Source: Thermodesulfobacteriota bacterium (GTDB lineage Bacteria; Desulfobacterota_D; UBA1144; Nemesobacterales; N074bin48). Taken from it: 52,849 nt of DNA. The position numbers and the translations under genes are program-made. Positions 26,964 to 37,697 of the stretch are shown here, in pieces (within the stretch, counting starts at the first letter, position 1; each line of letters opens with the position of its first letter). The stretch is taken from positions 1 to 52,849 of the forward strand of contig JBFFSH010000006.1 of NCBI GenBank assembly GCA_041572575.1, in the 5' to 3' direction. Under the pieces are notes generated by a model. That model searched no databases. It was not told where the DNA came from and worked only from the letters and a program-made list of their open reading frames with translations.

Positions 26964-28652
26964 ATGCCAAAAGTAACAGGAGGTTGGCTTGTAGCAAAAA
27001 CCCTTAGTGATCTGGGTGTAAAACATATCTTCACCCTGAGCGGTGGGCATATTAATCCGATATATAATGCATGCAGGCAGCTTGGAATAACTCTCATCGA
27101 TACCCATAACGAGCAGGGGGCATCGATGGCAGCAGACGCTTATGGAAGAATAACCCGTAAACCAGCAGTGTGCCTGACTACAGCAGGTCCGGGGCTTACA
27201 AATGCTCTCACGGGTATTGCGGGTTCTTATCTTGCAAACTCCCCCTGTCTTTATATCTCCGGCAGATCGGGTGTTGAAGAAAACGACAAGCTTCCTCTCC
27301 AGGAAATTGATCAAAAATCCATGGTTACTCCGGTTACAAAATGGGCAAGGGATATTTATGACATAAAAAGAATCCCCGAATACTTATCCATCGCTTACAA
27401 TAAAGCGGTATCTGGCAGGGCAGGCCCTGTGTATCTGGGCATGTCTTATGAAGTGCTTTATCCGGAGATAAAAAAATCAGATGCAAAATCCATGTATTCA
27501 CCTGCTCCATCGAACAAGATAGAGCCTGACGCCGACACAATTAAGGAAGCTTTAGAATTACTTATAAAAGCCAAAAAGCCTGTAGTCCTGGCAGGAAGCG
27601 GCACCTGGTATTCAGACTGTGCCGAACAACTAGAACAGTTTATTAAACTCACGGGAATCCCTGTTTTTACTCTCAATCTGGGAAGGGGAATAATTTCAGA
27701 TGAAAATGAGTACTGTATGGGTTCAGCAAGCCCTTCAGCGCCAAACGGTTTTAGAGATATTACAGGTAAAGCGGATTTAATATTAATGCTGGGTATTAGA
27801 CTAAGCCTCTATATAGGTTTTGGAAAGACATTTAATCCAAAAGCGAAAATTATACAGGTAGATATACAAGCAGATGAGATAGGAAGGAACAGGGCTGCGG
27901 ACTTAAGCATTGTTGCAGATGCCGGAAAGGTTTTAGAAAAATGCATAGATGAAGCAGATCAGCAGGGAGTTCAATTTAATTACAAGAAGTGGTTAAAAAA
28001 CGCAAAAAATATTAGAAATGATGCATGGAAAGAAACCGCCAGGATAAGAAAATCAAATAAGAAGCCGATCCATGCATTAAGGGTAATAAAGGCTGTCGAA
28101 AACGTAATGAGGGAAGATGGCATGATCGTAATTGATGGTGGAGACACTCAGGCATTTAGCGACGGTACTTATAATGTGAGACAGCCTGGGCATTACATAA
28201 AAGGCGGGCCTCTTGGGTGCATGGGTACTGGAATTCCATTTGCTCTTGGAATAAAAGCAGCATGTCCTGATAAGCAGGTAGGTCTAATCACAGGCGATGG
28301 AGCTTTCGGGATGAACTTCATGGAATTTGAGACAGCCGTAAGACACAACCTGCCTTTTGTTGCTGTAGTCTGCAATGATGAGGGATGGGGAATGACAAAG
28401 CATCAGATGTGGATCTCATTTGGAAAGAAAACCCCAACCGTTGGAGTCGATCTTCCTTTTACCCCGTTCCATGAGCTTGCAAATGTTCTTGGAGGTTATG
28501 GTGAAATGGTTACAGACCCCATTAACCTTGAAAAAGCTATTAAAAGAGGTCTTGATTCCGGAGTACCCGCTATTATAAATGTAAAGACCGACCCTGAGGC
28601 TATCAGCAGGGCAACATACGGGCTTACAGAGATGATGACTCCAAAGGATTAG
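26964..28652 (+). CDS. Thiamine-diphosphate enzyme (acetolactate synthase/2-hydroxyacyl-CoA lyase-like)
   Basis: FTLSGGHI, HNEQ, TAGPGLTN, GPLGCMG and the GDG…ND ThDP motif. Confidence 0.88.
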   Translation: MPKVTGGWLVAKTLSDLGVKHIFTLSGGHINPIYNACRQLGITLIDTHNEQGASMAADAYGRITRKPAVCLTTAGPGLTNALTGIAGSYLANSPCLYISGRSGVEENDKLPLQEIDQKSMVTPVTKWARDIYDIKRIPEYLSIAYNKAVSGRAGPVYLGMSYEVLYPEIKKSDAKSMYSPAPSNKIEPDADTIKEALELLIKAKKPVVLAGSGTWYSDCAEQLEQFIKLTGIPVFTLNLGRGIISDENEYCMGSASPSAPNGFRDITGKADLILMLGIRLSLYIGFGKTFNPKAKIIQVDIQADEIGRNRAADLSIVADAGKVLEKCIDEADQQGVQFNYKKWLKNAKNIRNDAWKETARIRKSNKKPIHALRVIKAVENVMREDGMIVIDGGDTQAFSDGTYNVRQPGHYIKGGPLGCMGTGIPFALGIKAACPDKQVGLITGDGAFGMNFMEFETAVRHNLPFVAVVCNDEGWGMTKHQMWISFGKKTPTVGVDLPFTPFHELANVLGGYGEMVTDPINLEKAIKRGLDSGVPAIINVKTDPEAISRATYGLTEMMTPKD

Positions 28653-28660
28653 TTGCCAGC

Positions 28661-29698
28661 ATGAAACTTAGACTACCCGCAGAGTGGGAAAAACATGAGG
28701 CTACATGGCTTGCGTGGCCAAAGAGGCGAGAAGACTGGCCGGGCAAGTATAGCTCTATCAAATGGGTCTATGCTGATATAATAAAAGCAATATCTTATTC
28801 TGAGACTCTAAATCTAATCGTAGATTCGGAACAAGCCGAGCAAAAAGTAAGAGCTATTCTAAAAAAATCCTCAGTCGATCTGAATAGAATTAAATTCTAT
28901 CACATTAATACAGATAGGTCATGGATAAGAGATTATGGCCCTTTTTTTGTGAGGTTACAAAATAAAATAAATGCTCTAAGCTTTAAGTTTAACGGCTGGG
29001 CAAAGTATTCACAGTGGAAAAATGACAACAAGGTTGCTTCCCATATAACATCTAATCTAAACATAGAGAGTATAAGAGCAGAATATTACAACAAAGAAAT
29101 TATACTTGAAGGCGGAAGCATCGATGTAAATGGAAAAGGCACTCTTATAACAACCAGGCAGTGTCTTCTAAGCTCCTCAAAACAGGTGAGGAACCGGGGC
29201 CTTAGCAAAGAGGATTATGAACAGATATTTAATAATTATTTTGGTATTACCAACACTATCTGGCTAAATGAAGGAATCGCAGGTGACGACACCAACGGGC
29301 ATATTGATGATATATGCAGGTTCGTAAATACTGACACAGTTGTAGCATGTCATGAGTCTAATCCGGATGATACAAATTATAAATACTTAAAAGAAAATCT
29401 GGAAATACTCGGAGAGAGCAGGCTTGAGGACGGCTCAAAGATTAATGTTATCAAGCTTCCCATGCCAGAGCCTAAATACTTTGATGGTTACAGACTGCCT
29501 GCAAGTTATGCTAATTTTTATATCACCAATAAATGCGTTCTTGTACCTACATATAATGATACAAATGATTACAAAGCATTAGGAATCCTTGGTGAACTGT
29601 TTTCAGATAGAAAAGTCATCGGAATAAACTGTGTTGATTTAATATGGGGTCTTGGAGCTATTCACTGTATGACAAAAGAACAGTTTGCTCAGTCATGA
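28661..29698 (+). CDS. aguA: Agmatine/peptidylarginine deiminase family protein
   Basis: PAEWEKH, WIRDYGP, EGGSID, DDTNGHIDD, ASYANF and GAIHC motifs. Confidence 0.85.
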   Translation: MKLRLPAEWEKHEATWLAWPKRREDWPGKYSSIKWVYADIIKAISYSETLNLIVDSEQAEQKVRAILKKSSVDLNRIKFYHINTDRSWIRDYGPFFVRLQNKINALSFKFNGWAKYSQWKNDNKVASHITSNLNIESIRAEYYNKEIILEGGSIDVNGKGTLITTRQCLLSSSKQVRNRGLSKEDYEQIFNNYFGITNTIWLNEGIAGDDTNGHIDDICRFVNTDTVVACHESNPDDTNYKYLKENLEILGESRLEDGSKINVIKLPMPEPKYFDGYRLPASYANFYITNKCVLVPTYNDTNDYKALGILGELFSDRKVIGINCVDLIWGLGAIHCMTKEQFAQS

Positions 29699-32551
29699 AT
29701 CGATCTGGTCTGCAAGAACCTCTGCTATATGTTTTGTTTTTCTAGCTGTAAAGTGTTCAATCTGCTGACTGCACGAGTATCCTGATACTGCTATTATGGT
29801 ATCAGTGCTGCAATTATTAACCGTAGGAAAAAGCCGGTCTTCACCAATTGTTTTGGATATTTCATAATGCTCTGATTCATAACCAAAGCTTCCAGCCATA
29901 CCGCAGCAACCTGCATTGCTATCTATTACGCTGCATCCCGCCTCTTTTAAAATATTTATTGATGCCAAATTTCCTATTAGCGCTCGTGCATGACAGTGCC
30001 CGTGAAATAGTACTGAAGGCCCCTGCTTCTTCCATGAGATATTAGACAGTTCTTTTTTGGCCCGACCATACAAGAACTCTTCAAGCAGAAATGAGTTATC
30101 AGCAAGAAGTTTCATATCTTCATTACCTGGTAAAATATCCGGATATTCATCCCTGAAGGTAAGCATACAGCTGGGCTCTGTTCCAATTACAGGAATTCCC
30201 TTTCTTACAAAATCAGCAAGAGCGCAAGCATTACTGAGTGCATGATTTCTTGCTTCTTCAACCATCCCCTTGCTTATCATGGGTCTTCCGCAGCATGTTC
30301 TGTTTTCTACAACAACCACATCAAAACCTGTGGCTTCTAATAATTTAACTGCGGATTTTCCTACTTCAGGAGTATAAAATGAAACCCATGTGTCATGGAA
30401 ATAAACTACTTTTTTCCCGTTAGCTCTGTTCTGTTTTGCCTTCGGTCTGCTGTAAAACCAATCTGTAAATGTTTGCCTGGTTATTTCTGGAAGTGCCCTT
30501 TTGGGATGTATTCCAATTTTGGGTAAAGCAAGCTTAGTAATTATATTATTTGTAATAAGATTTGAAATGGGTGCAACTCTGGATGCAGTATCACTAAGTT
30601 TATGTATGTATGAGAAGAATTTATCTCTTACGGATACGCCATTGGCTTTATTGTAGTTTGCTAAAAACTCTGTCTTCATCTTTGCCCCGTCAACTGCTGA
30701 CGGACACTCTGTTTTGCAGGCTTTACAGGATATGCAAAGATCAAATACATCATGCATCTCTTTACTTGAAAGCATTTGTTTTGGAAGTCTTCCAGATAGA
30801 ACAGCCCTAAGGGCATTTGCTCTTGCGCGCGTAGAATCTTTTTCATCCCGCGTAGCAATATATGACGGACACATTATTCCTTCATCAACCTTTCTGCAAA
30901 CACCCTGACCACTGCACATCTCGGCAGCTGCAGCTAAACCGTTATCATCTTTCCATTCCAAATGAGTCTTTATATCATAGGTTTTATAATCTTCACCATA
31001 ACGCAGATCTTCAGTACAAACCGGGGCATCAACTATTTTTCCGGGATTAAACATGTTTTCCGGATCAAAAATGCTCTTTATTTCTTTCATCACACTATAC
31101 AGTTTGGCACCGAACAGCTTTTCATTAAGATCGCTCCTCTGAAGTCCATCACCATGCTCACCGCTTAGCACTCCACCATATTTTATTGCTAATTCCATGG
31201 CCTGTACGGTTAGTTCCTGCATGACTCTTACACCATTATTTGTTTTCAGATTAACAAGCGGTCTTATATGCAGACACCCTGCGCTTGCATGTCCGTAAAA
31301 GGCAGCCTTTGTATCAAATCCACTTATAGTATTTTGAATATCCTTAACATAGCTGGAAAGCTTATCTACAGGAACCGAAACATCTTCAATGCATGGTATG
31401 GGTTTATAACTATCACGCCTGCTCATTAGAAGACCTAACCCCGCCCTGCGGACCTGCCATACCTGACTTTGTTGTTCATCTGTTAGCGCATACCTGATAT
31501 CACATTTTAACTTTTTACTTGTGAGATGAGTTCTGAGATTCCTGCATTTAATTTGCACTTCTTTTTTGGTCTTTCCATAAAACTCGACTACCAGTACGGC
31601 TTCCGGACTGCCTTTTATAAAAGTGAGCAAATGGGTAAATCCCGGGTGCGCTCTGGTAAGTTCTATGAGCATCTTGTCTATAAGCTCTACTGCCGACGGC
31701 TCTTTTTCCAGGATAACAGGCACAGCTTCCATGGCTTCAATAATTTGTGCAAACTGTAATACTACAAGACCTGTACATTCAGGTCTTTTGACAAGATTTA
31801 GTGTAAATTCAGATGCAATCCCAAGAGTTCCTTCACTACCAGCAAGGAGCTTTGCAGGATTAAAATCTTTATCCATAAAATAGTTAAGGCTGTACCCCGA
31901 AGCCCGCCTCCAATGTTTGGGAAAGTCTTTGTGAATTAATTTAGAATACTTCTTTTTTAGTACAGATAGTCTGGGATAGAAACTACCTGCGGATTTTACT
32001 CGCAGATCAACAAGATCACCATCCGCTGCCACCAACCTGCACGACTCAACATTGTCTCCGGCCATTCCATATAGTATGGAGTGAGCCCCTGTTGCGTTAT
32101 TTCCCACAACCCCGCCTACTGTAGCTATCCTGGCAGTGGATGGATCGGGGCCGAACATTAAACTGAATTTTTTAAGGTTATCGTTTAGCTGCTGGAGATA
32201 AATGCCAGGCTCGGTGCGGACTGTATTGTTCTCAGCATCTACTGTTATTATTTTATTTAGATATTTTGAAGTATCTACTATTAATGCACTGCCTACAGCC
32301 TGGCCTGCAAGGCTTGTTCCTCCTCCTCTTGGTAGCACTGCTACATTGAACCGTTTGGCAATTTGTACAGCACCAGCCAAGTCATCTGCAGTTCTTGGAA
32401 GTACTACACCTATAGGCTCAATCTCATAATTGCTTGCATCCGTGCTGTACAAAATGCGGCTCATTTCATCAAACCGAATTTCTGCGCCCAGCTCACGCTT
32501 TAATTCTGCCTCTAATTCATTATTAAGCGCATCACCTTTCATATTCCCCAT
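29693..32551 (-). CDS. FAD-binding/(Fe-S) fused oxidoreductase (GlcD+GlcF, D-2-hydroxyacid dehydrogenase-like)
   Basis: PRGGGTSLAGQ, GSEGTLG, GHASAGCLH, GEHGDG, ferredoxin Cys motifs and CCG domains. Confidence 0.88.
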   Translation of the reverse strand: MGNMKGDALNNELEAELKRELGAEIRFDEMSRILYSTDASNYEIEPIGVVLPRTADDLAGAVQIAKRFNVAVLPRGGGTSLAGQAVGSALIVDTSKYLNKIITVDAENNTVRTEPGIYLQQLNDNLKKFSLMFGPDPSTARIATVGGVVGNNATGAHSILYGMAGDNVESCRLVAADGDLVDLRVKSAGSFYPRLSVLKKKYSKLIHKDFPKHWRRASGYSLNYFMDKDFNPAKLLAGSEGTLGIASEFTLNLVKRPECTGLVVLQFAQIIEAMEAVPVILEKEPSAVELIDKMLIELTRAHPGFTHLLTFIKGSPEAVLVVEFYGKTKKEVQIKCRNLRTHLTSKKLKCDIRYALTDEQQSQVWQVRRAGLGLLMSRRDSYKPIPCIEDVSVPVDKLSSYVKDIQNTISGFDTKAAFYGHASAGCLHIRPLVNLKTNNGVRVMQELTVQAMELAIKYGGVLSGEHGDGLQRSDLNEKLFGAKLYSVMKEIKSIFDPENMFNPGKIVDAPVCTEDLRYGEDYKTYDIKTHLEWKDDNGLAAAAEMCSGQGVCRKVDEGIMCPSYIATRDEKDSTRARANALRAVLSGRLPKQMLSSKEMHDVFDLCISCKACKTECPSAVDGAKMKTEFLANYNKANGVSVRDKFFSYIHKLSDTASRVAPISNLITNNIITKLALPKIGIHPKRALPEITRQTFTDWFYSRPKAKQNRANGKKVVYFHDTWVSFYTPEVGKSAVKLLEATGFDVVVVENRTCCGRPMISKGMVEEARNHALSNACALADFVRKGIPVIGTEPSCMLTFRDEYPDILPGNEDMKLLADNSFLLEEFLYGRAKKELSNISWKKQGPSVLFHGHCHARALIGNLASINILKEAGCSVIDSNAGCCGMAGSFGYESEHYEISKTIGEDRLFPTVNNCSTDTIIAVSGYSCSQQIEHFTARKTKHIAEVLADQIDS

Positions 32552-32734
32552 GTACTATATCAACTCACTATTTATTGTCGAATTGAATTATCATTGCTAC
32601 ACTTACAGTAAATACTGATAACTAAAATAAATTTAATATTTAGTATATTAAGTTGCAGATTACTTGGGTAACATACCATTCTATTTTTTTAATATGTACA
32701 AATACAACAAGGACTCAACACCAGATTATTTCAA

Positions 32735-33403
32735 ATGACTTTTGGCATCGTGCCTGTAAAAGACTTATCAAAAGCTAAAGATAGACTCTCATCGGTTCTA
32801 CCTCAAAAACACAGGACAACACTTGCCTATGCTATGCTTGAAGACGTGCTTATCGCACTTAAAAATTCCAAACTTTTAGATAGAAAATTCATTATCACTC
32901 TGGATAAAAGGGCAATAGAAATCGCAAGTAATTTGGGAATAGAAATAATCCTGGAAACTGAACAAAATGGTGAGAGCGCATCAGTAGATTTTGCCGCTGC
33001 AAAATGTATAGAGATGGGAGCAGATTCTATGCTGGTTATCCCCGGAGACGCCCCTCTTATAACCTCTTCAGATATTGATCTGATTATTAAGGAAGAAAAA
33101 CAGTTACAAGCTCCTTATATTATTATGGTACCTGCCGGAGATGAGCTTGGTACTAATGCAATTCTAAGAAATCCACCCGATATTATCCCATCACGATTTG
33201 GTCACGACAGTTACAATAAACACAAAGAAGAAGCAAACAAGAAAAATATTCAATACAAAACATTTAACAACCCGCGGATAGCTCTTGATATTGATCAGCC
33301 GGCAGACCTGCAGTTGCTAATAGATCAAATAGGTGATAGTAATACTCAAAGAGAATTAATTAACCTTGGAATAATGAGCCATGATCTAAATGTTAGAAGT
33401 TAG
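32735..33403 (+). CDS. cofC: 2-phospho-L-lactate/PEP guanylyltransferase (coenzyme F420 biosynthesis)
   Basis: IVPVKDLSKAKDRLS, AMLEDV, PGDAP, GTNA, RFGHDS and DIDQPADL. Confidence 0.85.
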   Translation: MTFGIVPVKDLSKAKDRLSSVLPQKHRTTLAYAMLEDVLIALKNSKLLDRKFIITLDKRAIEIASNLGIEIILETEQNGESASVDFAAAKCIEMGADSMLVIPGDAPLITSSDIDLIIKEEKQLQAPYIIMVPAGDELGTNAILRNPPDIIPSRFGHDSYNKHKEEANKKNIQYKTFNNPRIALDIDQPADLQLLIDQIGDSNTQRELINLGIMSHDLNVRS

Positions 33404-33479
33404 AATAATTATTCAAGCATATATATGATTTTTAAATAGATTTAGTTAAAATATATTTTTAAAAATTTTATGGGAGATC

Positions 33480-34304
33480 ATGATGAAAAAATACACTGTT
33501 TTAAACTCATTGGCCTTACTACTTTTATTAACTGTTAATTCTTTTTCTGATGCTGTAGTTAATATGGAATATAAGGATAACCTTTCCAATACAGTAAACA
33601 ATAACACTAATTCATTTAAGGGCAGTGACATGAGAATGGATTTTTATGAAGGCGGTGATGAGGTCACAGCTGCAATGATCTTTAAGGGTGATAAAAACGA
33701 AATGATAAACCTGGATCATAAAGCAAAAAAATATTTTGTAATGGATAAGCAAACTCTACTTGGACTAGCAACACAGATGAATGCTGCTATGGCAGAGCTT
33801 GAAAAACAGATGGCAAATATGTCGCCGGAAGAAAAAGCGATGATGGAGAAAATGATGAAGGGCAAGATGCCGTCTATGAACCAAGAGCAAAAAGTTGAAC
33901 CAGTACTGAAAAAAGCCGGAACCGGAGAGGTGAGCGGTTATACATGTACTAAATATGAGGTATATAAAGGAAGCGAAAAAGTACGGGAACTTTGTATAAC
34001 CAACTGGTCAAACATCGAAGGCGGAACAGAGATAAAAAACAGTATCCTTAGCATGACTAATTTCATGGATGAATTATCAAAGACAATGTCGGAAAGCTCA
34101 GGATTTATGGCAAACACTGCCGACTTTGAAAAAAATGTGTTTAATGAAATCAATAAGCTAAATGGTTTTCCGGTACAAACCATAGATTATACAAGTGGTG
34201 AGGTCACAGGAATTTCAACATTTAAATCATCAAAGAAAACCAATCTCGAAGCATCAGTGTTTAACCCTCCGGCAGGTTACAAGCTTGAGAAATTTGGGAT
34301 GTAA
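33480..34304 (+). CDS. Exported DUF4412-like protein
   Basis: Signal peptide, Met-rich helical insert, GTGEVSGYTCTKY and C-terminal FNPPAGYK. Confidence 0.6.
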   Translation: MMKKYTVLNSLALLLLLTVNSFSDAVVNMEYKDNLSNTVNNNTNSFKGSDMRMDFYEGGDEVTAAMIFKGDKNEMINLDHKAKKYFVMDKQTLLGLATQMNAAMAELEKQMANMSPEEKAMMEKMMKGKMPSMNQEQKVEPVLKKAGTGEVSGYTCTKYEVYKGSEKVRELCITNWSNIEGGTEIKNSILSMTNFMDELSKTMSESSGFMANTADFEKNVFNEINKLNGFPVQTIDYTSGEVTGISTFKSSKKTNLEASVFNPPAGYKLEKFGM

Positions 34305-34473
34305 TTTCTAATTACAGTATAAGCCCATGAGTATCTGAAAAGTGTGATGGAAATAAAAACAATTGCAATGAAGAGATGGATAAAAATCTTCTTGGCTGCA
34401 AATACACGGCTATTTAATTCAACAAGACAAGTTAATCAACTTACTAATATTATCTTGAAATAAATCAGGAAGG

Positions 34474-34502
34474 AAAAAGCTGGGTTTGTAATCAAACCCA
34501 GC
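34474..34502 (-). terminator. Rho-independent terminator after ftsZ
   Basis: GCTGGGTTTG-TAAT-CAAACCCAGC with AAAAA on the + strand, giving a U-tract on the minus strand. Confidence 0.8.
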
Positions 34503-34579
34503 CTATTATTATTGGGGAAATTATGGATCGGCATTATATTCATATTGCCGTTAAAAACTTTTACTGCTATATAATTCTA

Positions 34580-35689
34580 TTACACTCTTTCACCTATATT
34601 TCTCTTTCTAATAAAAGCAGGAATATCAAACTCGTCTGCAGCTTCTTCTGAATTGTTTGCAACAGCTGTCGGAAGCTTTGTTACAATCCCGTTTCCGGTA
34701 TTTTCAATCTGCTTTTCCTGCGATTGTTCACCATTTATTCCGGTTGCAATTACAGTCATCCTCACAGCCTCACTCAGTGTTTCATCAAAAATAAGACCAA
34801 ATATGAGATTAACATCTTCATGCGCCCTCTCTCTTACATAAGAACAGGCCTCATTTAGCTCTTCAATTCCAAAATCCGGGCCGGCTGTAACGTTGAGCAA
34901 TATTCCCTGAGCGCCGTCAATTGAAATATCTTCAAGAAGCGGGCTTGTGATTGCTGCCTCAGCAGCCTCGATTCCTCTGTTAGGACCCTCTGCATAACCT
35001 GTACCCATTAGAGCCTTGCCACCTCTTTCTCCCATAACACTCTTTACATCAGCAAAGTCAACGTTTATATAACCTGTACCGGTAATAATATCTGAGATTC
35101 CTCTTACAGCCTGATACAATACTTCATCGGCTCTTTTAAAAGCTTCTATAATGCTTATCTTCTGTACAGTTGCAAGTCTGTCATTAGGGATAACGATAAG
35201 TGTATCCACTTCGTCTTCAAGGTTATTAATTCCCGACTGAGCCTGTTTGTTTCTCTTTGGACCCTCAAAACCAAATGGCCTTGTGACAACTCCAACTGTG
35301 AGTATGCCCATTTTCCTCGAAGTCTGGGCAATAATAGGGCTTGAACCAGTTCCTGTACCCCCACCCATTCCGGCAGTGATAAAGACCATGTCCGCACCTT
35401 CGAGCGCTTCCTCTATCTTGGCCTGATCTTCTATAGCAGCTTCCCTGCCCATATCGGGATTACCGCCTGATCCCAAACCTTTAGCGGTTCTTGTGCCAAT
35501 CTGTATTTTTGTCGCTGCCTTGGATTTTCTCAGGTCCTGGATATCAGTATTCGCAGCTATAAAATCCACTCCTCCAAGAGCCCTGTCTATCATGGTGTTT
35601 ATAGCGTTTCCGCCTGCACCACCAGCGCCTACCACCTTGATCCTTGCACCCTGATCGGTGATTGTTTCCTCTATAACAAATGTTGCCAT
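34580..35689 (-). CDS. ftsZ: Cell division protein FtsZ
   Basis: GGAGGNA, GGGTGTG, NVDFADV and C-terminal DIPAFIRK. Confidence 0.98.
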   Translation of the reverse strand: MATFVIEETITDQGARIKVVGAGGAGGNAINTMIDRALGGVDFIAANTDIQDLRKSKAATKIQIGTRTAKGLGSGGNPDMGREAAIEDQAKIEEALEGADMVFITAGMGGGTGTGSSPIIAQTSRKMGILTVGVVTRPFGFEGPKRNKQAQSGINNLEDEVDTLIVIPNDRLATVQKISIIEAFKRADEVLYQAVRGISDIITGTGYINVDFADVKSVMGERGGKALMGTGYAEGPNRGIEAAEAAITSPLLEDISIDGAQGILLNVTAGPDFGIEELNEACSYVRERAHEDVNLIFGLIFDETLSEAVRMTVIATGINGEQSQEKQIENTGNGIVTKLPTAVANNSEEAADEFDIPAFIRKRNIGERV

Positions 35690-35721
35690 AATTTTCCCCC
35701 TTTTGAAAAATATGTTTTTTT

Positions 35722-36951
35722 TTAGAAGAACTCTGAAAACCAGTTCTTCATACTTTCCAGTACTTTTTTCATAGAATTTTCATCTTTTATTTTTATCATT
35801 TTTTCTCCACCCGATTTTACTCCGTATAAAACTAGCCCAACTCCGGTGGCATAGAGCGGATTGGATGTATGATCCGATAGACCCCCGACACTGTTGGGTA
35901 CTCCGATTCTTACAGGCATACCAAGCACTTTTTCTGCAATCTCCTGGCTCCCTTCAATATTGATAGTTCCACCCGTAATAACAGCACCTGCCGGGATGAG
36001 GTCTTTATAGCCTGACCTGTTTATCGCCTTTCTTACCATGCTGAAGATTTCTTCCATTCTCGGCTCTATAATCATGGCAAGATCTTTTCTAAGGATTTTT
36101 CTGGGAGGTCTGCCCCCTACGCTTTCAATTTGAATCACTTCATCACTCGGCACCAACTCAGCATATGCCGAGCCATATTCTTCTTTTATCTTCCTTGCTT
36201 CAGACAGTGGTGTTGACAGGCCAAGCGAGATGTCCCTGTCCACGTGGTCTCCGCCAAGAGTAATATTTTCGGTATACCTTATTGTTCCGCCGTAGAATAT
36301 TGCAACATCACAAGTTCCTCCTCCACAGTCCACAAGAACTACTCCAATTTCCTTTTCATCACGGCTAAGCACGGCCTCACTTGAAGCAATCTGCTCAAGA
36401 ACCATGTCGGATACATCCATTCCTGCGTTATGGACACATTTAACAAGATTTTGCGCTGCTGTTATCTGACCTGTAACAATATGAACCTTGGTTTCGAGTT
36501 TCATTCCGTATATTCCAACAGGGTCTTTTATCCCCGCTTGTCCGTCTACGATATATTCCTGGGGAATAACATGAAGTACTTCTCTGTCCGATGGTATCAT
36601 TACTGCACTTGCTGAATCAATTGCCCTGTCCACATCGGGCAGTGCAACTTCTTTACTTTTTAAGGTAATCATCCCGTGGCCGCTCATACCCTGTACATGA
36701 CCGCCTGCTACTCCTACATATACATTTCTAATATCACAACCCGACATTTCTTCAGCTTCTTCCACAGCACTTTTAATTGAGTTCACTGTTTTTTCAATAT
36801 TTACAACTACACCTTTTTTTAATCCATCAGACGGATGTATACCAACACCAAGAACATCCACCTGCTCAGGTGACTTGATCTCAGCAACAATCGCACAAAC
36901 TTTTGTTGTGCCTATATCAAGAGCAACAATCAAATTTGCATCTCTGCTCAT
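35722..36951 (-). CDS. ftsA: Cell division protein FtsA
   Basis: LDIGTTKV, LHVIPQEY, YATGVGL and C-terminal amphipathic helix. Confidence 0.97.
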   Translation of the reverse strand: MSRDANLIVALDIGTTKVCAIVAEIKSPEQVDVLGVGIHPSDGLKKGVVVNIEKTVNSIKSAVEEAEEMSGCDIRNVYVGVAGGHVQGMSGHGMITLKSKEVALPDVDRAIDSASAVMIPSDREVLHVIPQEYIVDGQAGIKDPVGIYGMKLETKVHIVTGQITAAQNLVKCVHNAGMDVSDMVLEQIASSEAVLSRDEKEIGVVLVDCGGGTCDVAIFYGGTIRYTENITLGGDHVDRDISLGLSTPLSEARKIKEEYGSAYAELVPSDEVIQIESVGGRPPRKILRKDLAMIIEPRMEEIFSMVRKAINRSGYKDLIPAGAVITGGTINIEGSQEIAEKVLGMPVRIGVPNSVGGLSDHTSNPLYATGVGLVLYGVKSGGEKMIKIKDENSMKKVLESMKNWFSEFF

Positions 36952-36973
36952 TATCTTTACCTATAAAATTCCC

Positions 36974-37696
36974 TTATAGATCATATTTAACTACGACCTT
37001 ATCTTTTAGGCTTAAGTCAATAAACTGCTGCTTTATGTTAGAGTTCTGAGAAAAAAGGAAAGTTTTCTTAAGTGTGTTCCACCTTTCCTCCAGATTTTCT
37101 CCAAATCCAAAGAATATGTTAACTCCCTCTGTGGTTACTACTGTGATACCATATACAGAATTTACATTCAGCTCAGATATGTGTTCAAAATTAAGAACTG
37201 GATCATACCTTGATATTTTTAGTATCGAGAGAGCATATTCCAGTAATTCCGGTTCTATTATACTTTCACCTATAATTACAGGAAAATCAAGTCCAAATTC
37301 AATATTTGCGTTATCGAGAATAATACCGGAATCACTAATGTATTTTAAGTTTTTATTGCCCGAATCAATAAGACAAAATATTTCAGCTTCTTTTATGCGT
37401 ATGGAAACCGAATTTGGCAAAATCTTTGTAACAGTTGCATCTAAAACCCAGGGGCTTTTTTCTATTTTTGCTTCCAGATCGCTATCAAGAAAAAGCAGTG
37501 AGCTCTGTCCTTTTTCAAGGTTAGTGCGTTTCATTATCTCGGTTTGTGATACCCTGTAATTCCCCTCTATGTTAATGGTCTGAACCGTAAGATATCCGTA
37601 GAGATTTAGAGTAAATACAAAGAGTATGCTTGTGAGCAGTATTGAGCCTGCAAGCATTACATATAAATAGTTTATAAGTCTCTCATTTAACATCAT
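36974..37696 (-). CDS. ftsQ: Cell division protein FtsQ/DivIB
   Basis: TM helix plus POTRA domain (IEGNYRVS…PWV…LPNSVSIRIKE); position before ftsA. Confidence 0.85.
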   Translation of the reverse strand: MMLNERLINYLYVMLAGSILLTSILFVFTLNLYGYLTVQTINIEGNYRVSQTEIMKRTNLEKGQSSLLFLDSDLEAKIEKSPWVLDATVTKILPNSVSIRIKEAEIFCLIDSGNKNLKYISDSGIILDNANIEFGLDFPVIIGESIIEPELLEYALSILKISRYDPVLNFEHISELNVNSVYGITVVTTEGVNIFFGFGENLEERWNTLKKTFLFSQNSNIKQQFIDLSLKDKVVVKYDL

Positions 37697-37697
37697 T

